Source: an uncultured virus (IMG/VR IMGVR_UViG_3300033144_005150)
Lineage: Duplodnaviria > Heunggongvirae > Uroviricota > Caudoviricetes
Reading direction: 5' to 3' (one strand)
Length of the DNA stretch: 64,000 bases
Virus record (IMG/VR): IMGVR_UViG_3300033144_005150
The position numbers and the translations under genes were made by a program. The notes beneath the pieces are model-generated. The model was given only the letters and a program-made list of their open reading frames with translations. It was not told the DNA's origin and made no database searches. Below are positions 24,281 to 34,661 of the stretch, piece after piece (positions within the stretch are counted from its first letter, which is position 1; each line of letters begins with the position of its first letter).

Positions 24281-24595
24281 CTACGGGGAGAGGGGGAATT
24301 CGAGGGGGCAGTTGTCGTTCAGGTCGCTGATCGATCGGCCGAAACCGGCCTTCGTGAAGAAGGCGCGGCCGAGATCGGGACGGACATCGGGGGCGACATT
24401 GACCTGGGTGGCGTGTCGAGAACGGAGCTCGTCCACAAGTTGGCGTACAGCGTCGAGGGCCTTATCGCCTTCGGCATCGAGTGACACGAGCCACCAGTGA
24501 TCGACCACGATCCAACAACGGTACGCCTGGGCTACCAGGAGCGGCCCCAAGGTGATGGCTACGGAGTCTGACTTTTCATGTACGGACAGTTCCAT
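24281..24595 (-). CDS. Hypothetical protein, weak GNAT-like C-terminus
   Basis: MELSVHEK...AFFTKAGF. Confidence 0.4.
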   Translation of the reverse strand: MELSVHEKSDSVAITLGPLLVAQAYRCWIVVDHWWLVSLDAEGDKALDAVRQLVDELRSRHATQVNVAPDVRPDLGRAFFTKAGFGRSISDLNDNCPLEFPLSP

Positions 24596-24720
24596 TGATC
24601 TCGACCTCGTGTTTGCGGAGGACCACGCGGGCCTCTTGGTAGGCGGACACCAAGTAGGGGTCCGCGGAGAGCGGGAGCACCTCCACCAGATCACGTAACG
24701 CGAGGAGAGCCTGCGTCAAG

Positions 24721-25341
24721 TCAGAATTGGAGGATGGGCGGGACGTAGCCCTCGAATCCTTCGGGCTGGTCTTCGGGCTCTTCCTCGGGTGGTTTGAGGT
24801 CGGGGGCTGGAGATCCTCCGGAGAGCTTCCGTGGGTTTTTGCCGTGTCCGAAGGGCTGTTCCCGTTCAGGCTGGAGTGGCGCAGGAGCAGCTTCTCGAGG
24901 AAGTTCGGGCTCGGAGACTGGCTCGGGACCCCCTGGGCCGGCAGGTTGGAAGGCGTCCTGGGGGATGTTGAGGGCCTCAACGGCTTTGTTGATGAGATCC
25001 TGCTCGGGCTCTGGCTCGGCAACGGGGGCTGCCTCAACAGGGCCTTCTCCAGGCTCGTCAGGGGGCGGGGGCGGGGGTGGGGGGTCAGGGAGGGGTTTGG
25101 CTTCTTGGAGTTCATCGGAGTCCTTCTGGACCGCTTGTGCGGCCTCTGACTCCTTCTCTCGTTGTTTTACGAGTTCTCCAAATTTTCTACGATCTTCGTC
25201 GGTCGGTTCCCCGAGGTGCTCCGCGATCACAGCTTCGATGAAGCTGGCGACCGACTTTTTTTGGGGATCGACGTAGTCCTTGATACGTTGGTGCGTAATG
25301 GCTCTGACGCTGATGCTGCGACGGGTTTGTTTTGCGGGCAT
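24721..25341 (-). CDS. Ribbon-helix-helix-like N-terminus with Pro/Glu-rich tail
   Basis: RRSISVR...SVASFIEAVIAEHL; GAGG SD. Confidence 0.6.
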   Translation of the reverse strand: MPAKQTRRSISVRAITHQRIKDYVDPQKKSVASFIEAVIAEHLGEPTDEDRRKFGELVKQREKESEAAQAVQKDSDELQEAKPLPDPPPPPPPPDEPGEGPVEAAPVAEPEPEQDLINKAVEALNIPQDAFQPAGPGGPEPVSEPELPREAAPAPLQPEREQPFGHGKNPRKLSGGSPAPDLKPPEEEPEDQPEGFEGYVPPILQF

Positions 25342-25397
25342 GTTCCTCAGTAATTAGTTAAGAAGGGGCGCCGGGCGAAGGGCGCCCCTTTGTTGCA

Positions 25398-25946
25398 TCA
25401 ATCGTTTCCATCCTCCCGTCGAGACAGACGGTCCCGGCGAAAGCTGACCCTTGGGGTCATCTCCTGGCGCTCCACCGCATCGAGCAGAATCTTCTGCTCA
25501 AGGGCATCGTTCACCTGTTCCACACGTTTCTCGAACTCTTTGTGGGGCTTGTGGGTGACGGTCTCCTCGAAGAAGAGGGAGAACTTGGACCCGAGGGCCT
25601 GCTTGATGCCCTCGATGTCCTTCCCTTTCGGAATCTTCAACGACGCCGGCAGAATTGTCACCGTCGCTGAGCCCATGTCGTCGCCGTCGAGTTTGGTGTG
25701 GCCAACCATGCCGCCGAGTTCTTTGACCGCTGCCTGGCGAACATCTTCCTTGATGCTGTCCAGGACCTTCTTCACGCGGTCGCCGAGCTCCCACAGCACG
25801 CTACCGACTTCGATCTTGCGATCGAGGTCGGCGCCTTCCATGGATGATTGAATGGTGTCGAGGCCCTCCAGGAGGACCTTGTGTGCTACTCGTGTATCAA
25901 ATGACTGAGTCTTGTCGTTTGCGTCTGCTTGGGACATTGACTTCAT
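25398..25946 (-). CDS. Hypothetical protein
   Basis: ORF track; GAGG SD. Confidence 0.65.
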   Translation of the reverse strand: MKSMSQADANDKTQSFDTRVAHKVLLEGLDTIQSSMEGADLDRKIEVGSVLWELGDRVKKVLDSIKEDVRQAAVKELGGMVGHTKLDGDDMGSATVTILPASLKIPKGKDIEGIKQALGSKFSLFFEETVTHKPHKEFEKRVEQVNDALEQKILLDAVERQEMTPRVSFRRDRLSRREDGND

Positions 25947-26022
25947 CTCCTCTCTCTTCTCTGGTTGTGCCCTTTCGGGCGCTTTCCCTCACGGGAAAAG
26001 AATCTATAGATTAACGAAAATC

Positions 26023-26934
26023 TCACTGATCGCTATCGTCGAAACATTCGACGTGAAAAATCCCCTCATCGGCGCACCATTGGACAGGGTCGTCCTTTTC
26101 AATGGTCTCCGCACACTGGAGACACAGGCTTTCCCGGGACGCGTTCGCCCTGGCAAAGTCCTGACCCTGGGTCGGCTTGAACTTGCCCTTCTTTGGATCC
26201 CGAGGTGTGGTGCCCTCGTCCGCCATCTTCTCGATCAACTCTTCTACGGATACTCCTTTTTTGGCCGCTTCCTCTTCTTGAGCTAGTGTCTTTGCCAGAG
26301 CCGCGGCTTCCGTCGTTTCCATTTCTGCGGCCATTTCTGCCTTACGTGCTCCTATTTGGAGCATGCAGTCGGTGGCGAGCGGACAGCCTTTGCACACATC
26401 GCTGCGTGAGGACCACGCGCCGTAGCAGGAGACGGCTTCGATGGCGAGCGACCGGATGTAAGGGTCGTCGCTGTAAGGGTGTGTCGGGCTCGCGGTCGCG
26501 ACCGGGAAATGCAACACCTCGGCTCCAGCTTCGTCCTCGTCCCCCTCCAGCACTTCGGCCGTTGCGTCAGCCCGAGCCGCGACCACTTCTGGCGCGGCGA
26601 TGATTTCAGGTGCCTCGGGGGCAGCATCGCCTGCGTCTTCGCGGGCCTGATCTACGCCAACCTGGGTCAGCATCCACTGGCCTTTCTTGACCTGCTCGCC
26701 GAGCCCCTTCCCACGGATGTGCTGGCGAAACGCGAGCCCGATCTGCCGGTGAGTAAACTTGTGGCCTCCTTTAGTTTCGCCCCCATGGTCCTCCGCGATC
26801 CCCAGGATTTTGCACACAGGTTCGTACGTCTCCTCCATGTTGACGGAGATGTTCGCCTCGAACTCGGTGAGAGTGGCGAGGACTGCCAACAGGGGCTTTG
26901 CGAAATCCTTGGGAGTCATGTGGGTGGTGGTCAT
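26023..26934 (-). CDS. Hypothetical protein with Mrr-N-like winged helix and Cys motifs
   Basis: PLLAVL...KKGQWMLTQVG; CKGCP...C; CLQC...HVEC. Confidence 0.55.
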   Translation of the reverse strand: MTTTHMTPKDFAKPLLAVLATLTEFEANISVNMEETYEPVCKILGIAEDHGGETKGGHKFTHRQIGLAFRQHIRGKGLGEQVKKGQWMLTQVGVDQAREDAGDAAPEAPEIIAAPEVVAARADATAEVLEGDEDEAGAEVLHFPVATASPTHPYSDDPYIRSLAIEAVSCYGAWSSRSDVCKGCPLATDCMLQIGARKAEMAAEMETTEAAALAKTLAQEEEAAKKGVSVEELIEKMADEGTTPRDPKKGKFKPTQGQDFARANASRESLCLQCAETIEKDDPVQWCADEGIFHVECFDDSDQ

Positions 26935-26985
26935 CGTGGGTCCTTCCTTGAGTCTCTGCTTGCGCTTGGACTTCCGGTTGGTGGT

Positions 26986-28206
26986 TTACAGATCAAGGTC
27001 ATCATCCTCTACGTTGCTGGTGTCGCCTTGGTCCAGTGCGCCTCCTTTGAGGTAGGCATCGATCAGCGTCAGCGCGAGAGTCCTGTTCTCTTCGTCGGGC
27101 AACCCGTCTGCGAAGGACAGGAACCCTTGCTTGAGGAGATCCTTGGGCGGCCTGTCCATCAAACGCAGCATGTCTTCGCAGTCGCCCACCCAAGTTTCCA
27201 GGCCACGGTGGGAGAACTCGCCGTAGAGGTTCTCCTCCAACACGGCCTGACGAAGAACCTTGGTCGCGTCTCCGATCTTGGGCAGGAGGTGACCGCACTT
27301 CTCCGCGAACAGAGGGTACTTGTCACGAATGATGATCTCCTCGTCGCGCCAGTCGATCGAGTGGAACTTCACCTTGCGTTGGAGGCGATCGAGGATCGAG
27401 GTGTCGAGCACGTTGGCGCTGACATATTTGCCGCTCGCATCGCCGCCGCCCATCGTGTTGGCGGTGATGATGAGACGGGTGCCTGCAAGCACCGGGTACG
27501 TTTCACCCAGCGGCCCTTTCACTCGACCCTGGATGGAGTCGGCAACGAGACGGATCGCCTCGGCCTGTGAACGACCGGCTCGGTCGAAGTCAGACAGGAC
27601 GATGGTCATGGGGATGCGGTTCCCACTGATGGGGCTCACGTATCCGTAGACCAGATTTTTGAACAGCTCGCCGAAGACCCACTTGGTCTCGCCGTTCTCG
27701 AAGTTCTTGTCGAAGAACCACGCCATGATATCCACGTCCGCGTTGACGGGGTAGATCGACGAAGGGGTTCGGGTCAATGCACAGAGTGCAGACGGGAACG
27801 CATCCTTGCCGGAGCCCGATGGACCCCATGCCCAGAAGGAACGGAGGGCCATGAAATAGCGAGCGGCTCGCTTGATGTCTTGGGCAAGTTTGCCCTTGGT
27901 CGGAAATCGGTAAGACGGTGGCAGAGGCAGGCACGCACTTGCCGGAACATCCCAATTGACGGGCATCCGAAAGCCGGCCACATTGATGAACAACTGGTCG
28001 GGTGCGGGCGGTCGTTTTCGGTCCGTGTTTTTGACGGCCGCTGCGAACTTGGTACGAAGCGCAGGAGACTCAAGCGGAGCATTGGGAAACTGTTCGTGAT
28101 ACTGCTCCACGGTCATGTTGTGCTTTTCAGCGAGGTAAGCTGGGAGGTAATGCCTCTCAGCTCCATCGAGTTCACACTTGATTCTGGCTGTTGCGGGGTC
28201 GCTCAT
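26986..28206 (-). CDS. CobS/MoxR-like AAA+ ATPase
   Basis: WGPSGSGKD, ITANT.G.GD, LDR, SHR. Confidence 0.8.
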   Translation of the reverse strand: MSDPATARIKCELDGAERHYLPAYLAEKHNMTVEQYHEQFPNAPLESPALRTKFAAAVKNTDRKRPPAPDQLFINVAGFRMPVNWDVPASACLPLPPSYRFPTKGKLAQDIKRAARYFMALRSFWAWGPSGSGKDAFPSALCALTRTPSSIYPVNADVDIMAWFFDKNFENGETKWVFGELFKNLVYGYVSPISGNRIPMTIVLSDFDRAGRSQAEAIRLVADSIQGRVKGPLGETYPVLAGTRLIITANTMGGGDASGKYVSANVLDTSILDRLQRKVKFHSIDWRDEEIIIRDKYPLFAEKCGHLLPKIGDATKVLRQAVLEENLYGEFSHRGLETWVGDCEDMLRLMDRPPKDLLKQGFLSFADGLPDEENRTLALTLIDAYLKGGALDQGDTSNVEDDDLDL

Positions 28207-28425
28207 GGTGTTTGCCTGTTGCCTCGGGCTCGGCCCTGGGGGCCTTCTTGCCGTGGGTCTGTCTTAGGCACGGAGGTGAGGAAGAATTTACACCGGATCA
28301 TGATCTGCGCTGCTGGCGCTACTACTTCCTCTTCTCTTATACCCCTCTCAGGAGTCCTTTGAAGCGGATTCGACAAATTGCGTCTTGTAGGGAAGTGTAA
28401 AAAGGTCGAGAGGTCCGTGCATACG

Positions 28426-31419
28426 ATGATGGGGAACAAGGAAACGAAGCTGGAGACCTTTCCGGGAGCGCACTACTGGCGCGCTATGCAGGGATCAGTA
28501 GATGCCATCCTGACGCCCATTGGGGAGAAACGACGCGTCCTGTCCATGGGTACGCAGTTCGTGAACTTCGATGCGTGGACCGGCGAGAAATTCGCCCATG
28601 TCTTGTGTGAGTTCCTGGGGAAAAACCCCACCCGGATGCCCACCCCAAAAGAACTCAGGGATCTCATTGGAGCAGCCAATTCTGCTCGGTGCCATGATCC
28701 CCACATCCGTGTGGCGCGGATGCCGGAACGTGTGACCCTCCGTGTAGCGCGCGCGATCATCGGCGGCGGTTATCACGAAGCCTTCCACACCAAGTACTCC
28801 AAGCGGGATCGCGTTCGGCAATCCGAGGTGCAGCCCATCATCGACATCGCCGAGCAGGTCGTTCTGGCTGGCGGTAAATTCGACGCCAAAATGCGCGGCC
28901 TCGTGATGACGCTCCACCATTTGGTGGAGGACATTCGGATCGAGCGCCGAGGCAACGAAGACTTCGATGGTGCCAAGCAGGCCATGGTCGATCTCCAGGA
29001 TTTCATCTTGGACCTTGAGACCGGTGGCCGAAAGAAAGGTGCCAAGGTTAAGAACGTGACCGTCTCGATGAACGCTCGCTCCATCATGTTGTGCGCGTTC
29101 CGAGATTTGGGCCTTGGCTACAACAGCCACAAGGCTCGAGAGATGATCCAGTTTTACAAGACCCACGCACCGGGAGCCATCGGACTCTTGGCTACCGGTG
29201 GGATCCTTGCGCCGATGGTGCATGAGTCGAAGACCTTGGAGCGCAACGACAAGATGGGATCGCTTCGGGTTGCCATGAAAATCGTGGTCGAGCTTTGGCG
29301 CATCACACAGCAAGAACCCGAGGACGATGAGCAGCCCGCGATGGAGTGTCCGCAGTGTGGCGCCAGCGCGAAGAACCTCATCATTCGTTCGGTCAAGAAC
29401 GAGGACGGCATCAAGATCAAGGGCCGCGCCGAGATGGAGTGCAAGCTCTGCGGTTTCAAAACTGAGTTCGATCTCCCCGACAACAGTCTCAACCTGAACC
29501 AGCAGCAGAAGGAAAAGGAAGACGACGAAGAGCAGGAGCAGCCCGAGGTCGAGGACCTCGATCAAGACGACGTGGGTGAGGGCTCGGACGGGTTCGGTGA
29601 CGACACCCGTGAGAAGATGCGCGACCAGAAACCCGAGGAGCAGAAACCCGAGGAGCAGAAACCCGAGGAGCAGAAACCCGAGGAGGGTGATGACTCGAAA
29701 GAGCAAGAGGGTGGCGGAGACGCGAACCCCGTACCCGTCCCCGGCGACGAGCCAGAGGAGAGCGAGGGTGACGACGAGGGTGAAGGCGAAGACGAGGGCG
29801 AAGACGAAGAGTCCAAGAGCGGCAGCTCGGGCGACGGCGACGAAGAAGAGGACGGTGACGAGACCGAAGGGGGATCCGCATCTTCTGAGAAGGGTGACAA
29901 AGAGGACGGCGACGATGAGGGTGATGACACCGAAGGCGCCGGTGGTGAAGACTCCGACGATGGGAACGACGACCCCGAGTTTGAAGACCTGAACGGCCTG
30001 ACCGATGACGGTGAGGACGCCGAAGATGGTGAGGACGCCGAAGATGGTGAGGACGCCGAAGATGGTGAGGACGCCGAAGATGGTGAGGACGCCGAGGGCT
30101 CCGAAGCCGGTGACGACTCAGAAGGCGACGACTCAGAAGGCGACGACTCAGAAGGTGGGGACGCCGAGGGTGAGGACGCCGAGGGTGAGGACGCCGAGGG
30201 TGAGGACGCCGAGGGTGAGGACGCCGGCTCGGAGGGGAGCCCCACCGACCCGTCACAAAAAGGTGAAGAGAACGACGACTGGGAGATGGACGGCGAGACC
30301 TTTGAAGGGGCTGGCGGCCACATGGACCTGGGACGTGACTTCGACTCGGACCAGGATCAAGCCGAGAAGATCCTCGACGGCAATGAGAAGGACGGTGTCA
30401 TGACGAACCAGACGGCTTTGGATGAAGCCCTGGCCGAAGCGCACCACAAGTTCCTGAAAGACATCAAGCACGGGGAACGGGTTTGGAACCCCTACAACCC
30501 CATGCTCGACGAAGCGCACATCGTTCGATGCGAGAACACCCCCGAAGACTTGAAAATCGCCAACAAGATGCTCAAGGAAGTCCGAGGTTCCGTGACGTAC
30601 CTACGGACTCGCATGCGCACCATCGTCAGGGCTCAGGAGATGACTGACACGACTCATGGCGTTCGCCGGGGTCGCAAGATGAGTTCACGGATGATGGTGG
30701 ACACGGCTGTGGACTTGCGGTCTGGCCGGATGCCGAGTCGTGCGTACCAAACCACTGACGCGCAGATCGACACGAGCATCGACATGGCCATCTGCCTCGA
30801 TGAGTCGAGCTCGATGAACAAGATGAAGCGCAAGGTTGCTCAGTGCATGATGATCCTGGTGGACTCGGTGGAGTCCATCAAAGGGGGCACGTTCGCGTTC
30901 GGATTCCGCAACGGACCGTACACGGACGAGTATCCCGAGAACTGGCAGCAGACGTACCACCGTATTCACGGGATTCGCTACGACATTTTCAAGACCTGGG
31001 AAGAGAATTTCACGAACACGAAAGCCCGATTTGCCCACACCGTGGCTTACGGTTCGACGCCAATGTCCGACGGTGTTGAGTTTGGTCTCCATGCGCTCAA
31101 AGACCGTCAAGCCGCGCACCGCATCCTGGCGGTCATCACGGACGGTTCTCCCGACTCCCCACACGCACAGGTGATTCGGCGCCAGATCCGTCTGGCCAAC
31201 GAAGCGGGCATCCGCATCATCGGTATCGGCATCGGTGAGAAGGCGCTCTACGTCAAGAGTCTTTTCGGGGAGGCTAACTCGGTGTGGGCTGCGACGGTCC
31301 GGGAGATGCCGAACGAACTGCTCAAGAAGCTCAACGAGTTGTGCGACTTCGGCGGGCGCTTCCGGGGACGACGGCCGAAACTCGACGGTAAGGGTAGGAT
31401 CACACGGAAAGTGTCGTGA
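28426..31419 (+). CDS. CobT-like protein (HExxH region, Zn ribbon, acidic linker, C-terminal vWA)
   Basis: YHEAFH, EDIRIER, CPQC...CKLC, DESSSM, ITDG. Confidence 0.8.
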   Translation: MMGNKETKLETFPGAHYWRAMQGSVDAILTPIGEKRRVLSMGTQFVNFDAWTGEKFAHVLCEFLGKNPTRMPTPKELRDLIGAANSARCHDPHIRVARMPERVTLRVARAIIGGGYHEAFHTKYSKRDRVRQSEVQPIIDIAEQVVLAGGKFDAKMRGLVMTLHHLVEDIRIERRGNEDFDGAKQAMVDLQDFILDLETGGRKKGAKVKNVTVSMNARSIMLCAFRDLGLGYNSHKAREMIQFYKTHAPGAIGLLATGGILAPMVHESKTLERNDKMGSLRVAMKIVVELWRITQQEPEDDEQPAMECPQCGASAKNLIIRSVKNEDGIKIKGRAEMECKLCGFKTEFDLPDNSLNLNQQQKEKEDDEEQEQPEVEDLDQDDVGEGSDGFGDDTREKMRDQKPEEQKPEEQKPEEQKPEEGDDSKEQEGGGDANPVPVPGDEPEESEGDDEGEGEDEGEDEESKSGSSGDGDEEEDGDETEGGSASSEKGDKEDGDDEGDDTEGAGGEDSDDGNDDPEFEDLNGLTDDGEDAEDGEDAEDGEDAEDGEDAEDGEDAEGSEAGDDSEGDDSEGDDSEGGDAEGEDAEGEDAEGEDAEGEDAGSEGSPTDPSQKGEENDDWEMDGETFEGAGGHMDLGRDFDSDQDQAEKILDGNEKDGVMTNQTALDEALAEAHHKFLKDIKHGERVWNPYNPMLDEAHIVRCENTPEDLKIANKMLKEVRGSVTYLRTRMRTIVRAQEMTDTTHGVRRGRKMSSRMMVDTAVDLRSGRMPSRAYQTTDAQIDTSIDMAICLDESSSMNKMKRKVAQCMMILVDSVESIKGGTFAFGFRNGPYTDEYPENWQQTYHRIHGIRYDIFKTWEENFTNTKARFAHTVAYGSTPMSDGVEFGLHALKDRQAAHRILAVITDGSPDSPHAQVIRRQIRLANEAGIRIIGIGIGEKALYVKSLFGEANSVWAATVREMPNELLKKLNELCDFGGRFRGRRPKLDGKGRITRKVS
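29626..29685 (+). repeat. 15-bp tandem repeat x4 (QKPEE)
   Basis: CAGAAACCCGAGGAG x4. Confidence 0.9.
30007..30225 (+). repeat. Coding tandem repeats (DGEDAE x5, EGDDS, EGEDA)
   Basis: 18-bp and 15-bp units visible. Confidence 0.9.
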
Positions 31420-31464
31420 CCGATCCTCTGGTAGAGCAACATCCGGCCGAACCAACTGAGGTAA

Positions 31465-31815
31465 ATGAAACCACCCAAGAAGCCACCGCCTGACAACGTC
31501 GGAAACGTCCGAGGCCGCATTCGTGCTCTCAAAACGATGGCCCGAACTCATGCCAGGATGGCGGCCAAAGAAGGGGGCGACTACGAGCGCGCCCTGGCGA
31601 AAGAGATGCGGGCTCGAGAGTCCCAGTTCAAAAAACTGCGTGTCCGGCTGGCAAAAGTCCAGAAAACGGTCCAGGGTGCCCCGGTGTCGGAGACGAAGAC
31701 CAAGAAGGGTGCCCCCAAGGCCGCTGTGAAGCCCGAGGAGGCTCCCCAGAAGCGCAGCGCCGCCAGGGTGCCCGCAGACTACGACGACCTCCTGGACGCC
31801 CTGGGGGGCCTCTGA
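31465..31815 (+). CDS. Basic hypothetical protein
   Basis: GAGGT SD; coupled to the next gene. Confidence 0.6.
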   Translation: MKPPKKPPPDNVGNVRGRIRALKTMARTHARMAAKEGGDYERALAKEMRARESQFKKLRVRLAKVQKTVQGAPVSETKTKKGAPKAAVKPEEAPQKRSAARVPADYDDLLDALGGL

Positions 31816-32438
31816 TGGAGCCCCATCCCGTCACCATCACGAGCCTCAATGGGGCTCGTGACGTGCTCACGTCTGACAAAGCCCAGGAGCTCCAGGCCGT
31901 CATCTCGATCGGGAACCAAGTGCCGGGTAACGAGGCCGAGGGGGAGGAGTTCCCGCTCGGCTACAAGAAGTTCGGCGAAGACGGTCGTCAGGTGAAGTAC
32001 CGGATGAACATCAGCGACATCCGTTTCCTCGAAAAGGGTTGGGAGAAATGGCTCCCCCATCGCGTCACCCCGCAGCCGAAAGACCTCGAAGACCTGATCG
32101 CGTTTTTCCCGAAGATCGAGGGGCCCGTGCTGGTCCACTGCTATGCCGGCATGTCTCGTTCACCGGCTGCGGCCATGGCCTACTTGGCTTGGTGCCTGGG
32201 TCCTGGCCACGAGGCTGAGATTGTGGCCCGGCTTTTCGAGATCAAACGACTTACGACGCCCAACCATTTGATGGTCGCGTACACCGATATCCTCCTGGGA
32301 CACGGAGGGAAGCTCTACGATGCGATGCTGATCGCGCGAGGCTCCCACCTCTACCCTGAGCTGAAAATCGTCTACAAACAGGCGAGGGTCCTCATCCGGG
32401 GCGGCGATATTCCGTACATAGGCAAACCCTCTGTGTGA
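31815..32438 (+). CDS. Tyrosine/dual-specificity phosphatase-like protein
   Basis: VHCYAGMSRS (HCxxGxxR) and PN motif. Confidence 0.85.
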   Translation: MEPHPVTITSLNGARDVLTSDKAQELQAVISIGNQVPGNEAEGEEFPLGYKKFGEDGRQVKYRMNISDIRFLEKGWEKWLPHRVTPQPKDLEDLIAFFPKIEGPVLVHCYAGMSRSPAAAMAYLAWCLGPGHEAEIVARLFEIKRLTTPNHLMVAYTDILLGHGGKLYDAMLIARGSHLYPELKIVYKQARVLIRGGDIPYIGKPSV

Positions 32439-32812
32439 TCGACCCGAAGCGACTCGCCGATCGGTGGCGGCGCCAGAAGCTCAAGGAAGCGGCCGGGTTC
32501 GACCCCCTGTACCCTCGAGCCGGTCGTAACGCCCAGCCAGAGGTCCGTGAGGCTCTCGAACGATGGAAGGGCCTGTCCGACGAGGAGAAGCTCAGTGGGC
32601 CCCTATGGCACTGGCTCCTGGGAGATCCGACCCCGGTCTACAAACTCCCCGGTGACTCTGTCGGGTACGTCAGCAAGTCCAAGTTCGAGGGGCGCAAGTG
32701 CTCCAACTGCCGATACGCCTACCAACAGGTCGCCACGGGGGACCTGATCTGCTCGGTCATCCGTGGGGAGATTCACGCTGACGGCTGGTGCGAACTGTGG
32801 GACAGCGTATAG
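32435..32812 (+). CDS. HiPIP-like (4Fe-4S) domain protein
   Basis: Y...KCSNC...CSVIRGEIHADGWCELW. Confidence 0.65.
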   Translation: MIDPKRLADRWRRQKLKEAAGFDPLYPRAGRNAQPEVREALERWKGLSDEEKLSGPLWHWLLGDPTPVYKLPGDSVGYVSKSKFEGRKCSNCRYAYQQVATGDLICSVIRGEIHADGWCELWDSV

Positions 32813-32842
32813 CGTTCGTGAAAAGACGGGTACAGTCCGCGC

Positions 32843-32998
32843 ATGGGGATGCCCCGCAAAGGCTCACGAAAAGTCGAAATTGAAGGTGAGAAGTACCTTT
32901 GGCGAGTTCGTGGCGACGTGTTTGGGCGCCCATCAGCGTACACACCGCTGTGGGAGACCCGGATGAAGGGGGTGAAGGTCACCATCCAAGAATGGTGA
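32843..32998 (+). CDS. Small hypothetical protein (possibly truncated)
   Basis: MGMPRKGSRKVEIEGEKYLWRVRG...; below the ORF-track size cutoff. Confidence 0.45.
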   Translation: MGMPRKGSRKVEIEGEKYLWRVRGDVFGRPSAYTPLWETRMKGVKVTIQEW

Positions 32999-33076
32999 CC
33001 TATAGCCTTGCTACCGAAATCGGCCCTCCGTTTTCGTTATCGAGGCTATGGGGTCCCCTTACGTGAGAACTGCACG

Positions 33077-34654
33077 ATGCGCAAAACTGGAACCGAGCAG
33101 CACTTTTTCACGGTTCGTGGACGGGGCTTTGACCACAAGCAGTGGAAAGCCATAACCGAACTGTCTGAGGGCATCGTTGCGCGTGCGAAGGAAGCTGGGA
33201 TCCCAGCTATTTTCGAGGCCGACGCTCGCCGGATCATGGTCACCTCTTCGGAGGAGGGCGTGTCTCCGCTGGTGATTTGGCGAAAGGGGGAGCCGGGTAT
33301 CCCCAAGGAAGTCTCTACCCGAGGGGGATACGACAAATTGGTTCAAAGCATCCTGACGGCCACCAAGAAAGTTGCTCCCGACATTTTCGTGATGACGGCT
33401 CCAGACGGTCGGGACTACCGCCGTCTTTTGGCGAAAGCCAACGGTGGCGATCTCCCCGAGATCAAAGAGCTCGTGAAGAAGAACCGGGACGACAAAGACC
33501 GTTCTTTCATGCAGTCGGTCAAGCGTCAGCACTGGGTCCACCCCGAGACCAAGAACCAGGTCGAGTTCGTGTCTCTCCCCAAGAAGGAGCAGACGCAAAT
33601 CCGACATCGCTGGGAGTCCGAGTACGGCAAACGTTTTGACGAGCGTGCCGAGCAGACGATGAAGAAGGTCCGCGAACAGGCAAAAGCCAAGACCGAAGCC
33701 ACGCGTGGACAAGAGCAGGCTCAGGAATCTTCCAGCAAGCTCAAGAAACCCAAAATCAAGACCCAACCGAAGCAGGCAGACATCATGACCGAGGACTCCA
33801 TCCGAAAAGCCGCGATCCGTGTCGCTGCTACCACCGAAGACAAGAACCTCAAACTCGCGCTCCTCGAGATTCTGCGCGACAGTGCCGAGCCTGCTGCGGC
33901 CCCCAAGGAGGCCACGAGCCACAAGGAGGCCACGAGCCACAAAGAGGACGAGAAGAAGAGTCGTCACGAAGAGGGCAAGTCCGTCGATATCGGTGACTAC
34001 CTCAAGAGCAAGGGTCACGATGAGGACGCAGCCAAATGGGAGGAGCACGAGGGTGACATGGGCAAGAAGTCCAACGTCGCTGTGGTGTTCCCCGAGGTTC
34101 ACGAGCTCGCATGGCGTCACGTCATCAAGTTCTCGAAGTCCAACCCGTCCTCGAAAACAGCCTCGGGATCGACCGCCGATCGCGTAGTTGCAGCCGACAG
34201 CCTGGCCCGCAAGTGGGTCCAAGAGGCTCTGGGACGTGTGGCCACCATCAACGCTACGGTGCCTGCTGCCAAGTTCGAGGCGTTCCTCGCCAAGGTGCAA
34301 GCCAAAGGCGATCAGAACTTGCTCGTGGCTTGTCTGGTGGCCAAGAGCCTCCAGCCGGCGGTCAAGACCTCTGCGGATGACTCCTGGCTCAACGAAGAGA
34401 GTTTCACGAAGGCGGCCACCGAGATTTTCGGTGCCGACAAAATGGCCAAGAAGTGGATCCAGGACGCCATCAAACATCCTGGTCGGGTTCGTGAGTACCT
34501 GAATGTTCCCGAGGGTCAGGACATCCCTGGTGGCAAACTCGATGCAGCCATTGCGAAGGTGAAGAAGTCGGGCAACAAGAGCCTGCTCTCCGCTCTTCTC
34601 CTGGCCAAGCGTCTCAAGAAGATGGCCAAGGGCGCGACGCAAGCCGCCGCGTAA
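33077..34654 (+). CDS. Multi-motif hypothetical protein (possible virion/head protein)
   Basis: Shares HPETKNQVEFVSLP and IRVAA motifs with 41-46 kb proteins; ends KWIQDAIKHPG... Confidence 0.7.
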   Translation: MRKTGTEQHFFTVRGRGFDHKQWKAITELSEGIVARAKEAGIPAIFEADARRIMVTSSEEGVSPLVIWRKGEPGIPKEVSTRGGYDKLVQSILTATKKVAPDIFVMTAPDGRDYRRLLAKANGGDLPEIKELVKKNRDDKDRSFMQSVKRQHWVHPETKNQVEFVSLPKKEQTQIRHRWESEYGKRFDERAEQTMKKVREQAKAKTEATRGQEQAQESSSKLKKPKIKTQPKQADIMTEDSIRKAAIRVAATTEDKNLKLALLEILRDSAEPAAAPKEATSHKEATSHKEDEKKSRHEEGKSVDIGDYLKSKGHDEDAAKWEEHEGDMGKKSNVAVVFPEVHELAWRHVIKFSKSNPSSKTASGSTADRVVAADSLARKWVQEALGRVATINATVPAAKFEAFLAKVQAKGDQNLLVACLVAKSLQPAVKTSADDSWLNEESFTKAATEIFGADKMAKKWIQDAIKHPGRVREYLNVPEGQDIPGGKLDAAIAKVKKSGNKSLLSALLLAKRLKKMAKGATQAAA

Positions 34655-34661
34655 TCCTCTG

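Noticed and set aside
29626..30225. CRISPR array
   Set aside because: In-frame coding tandem repeats with no unique spacers, and no cas genes in the window.
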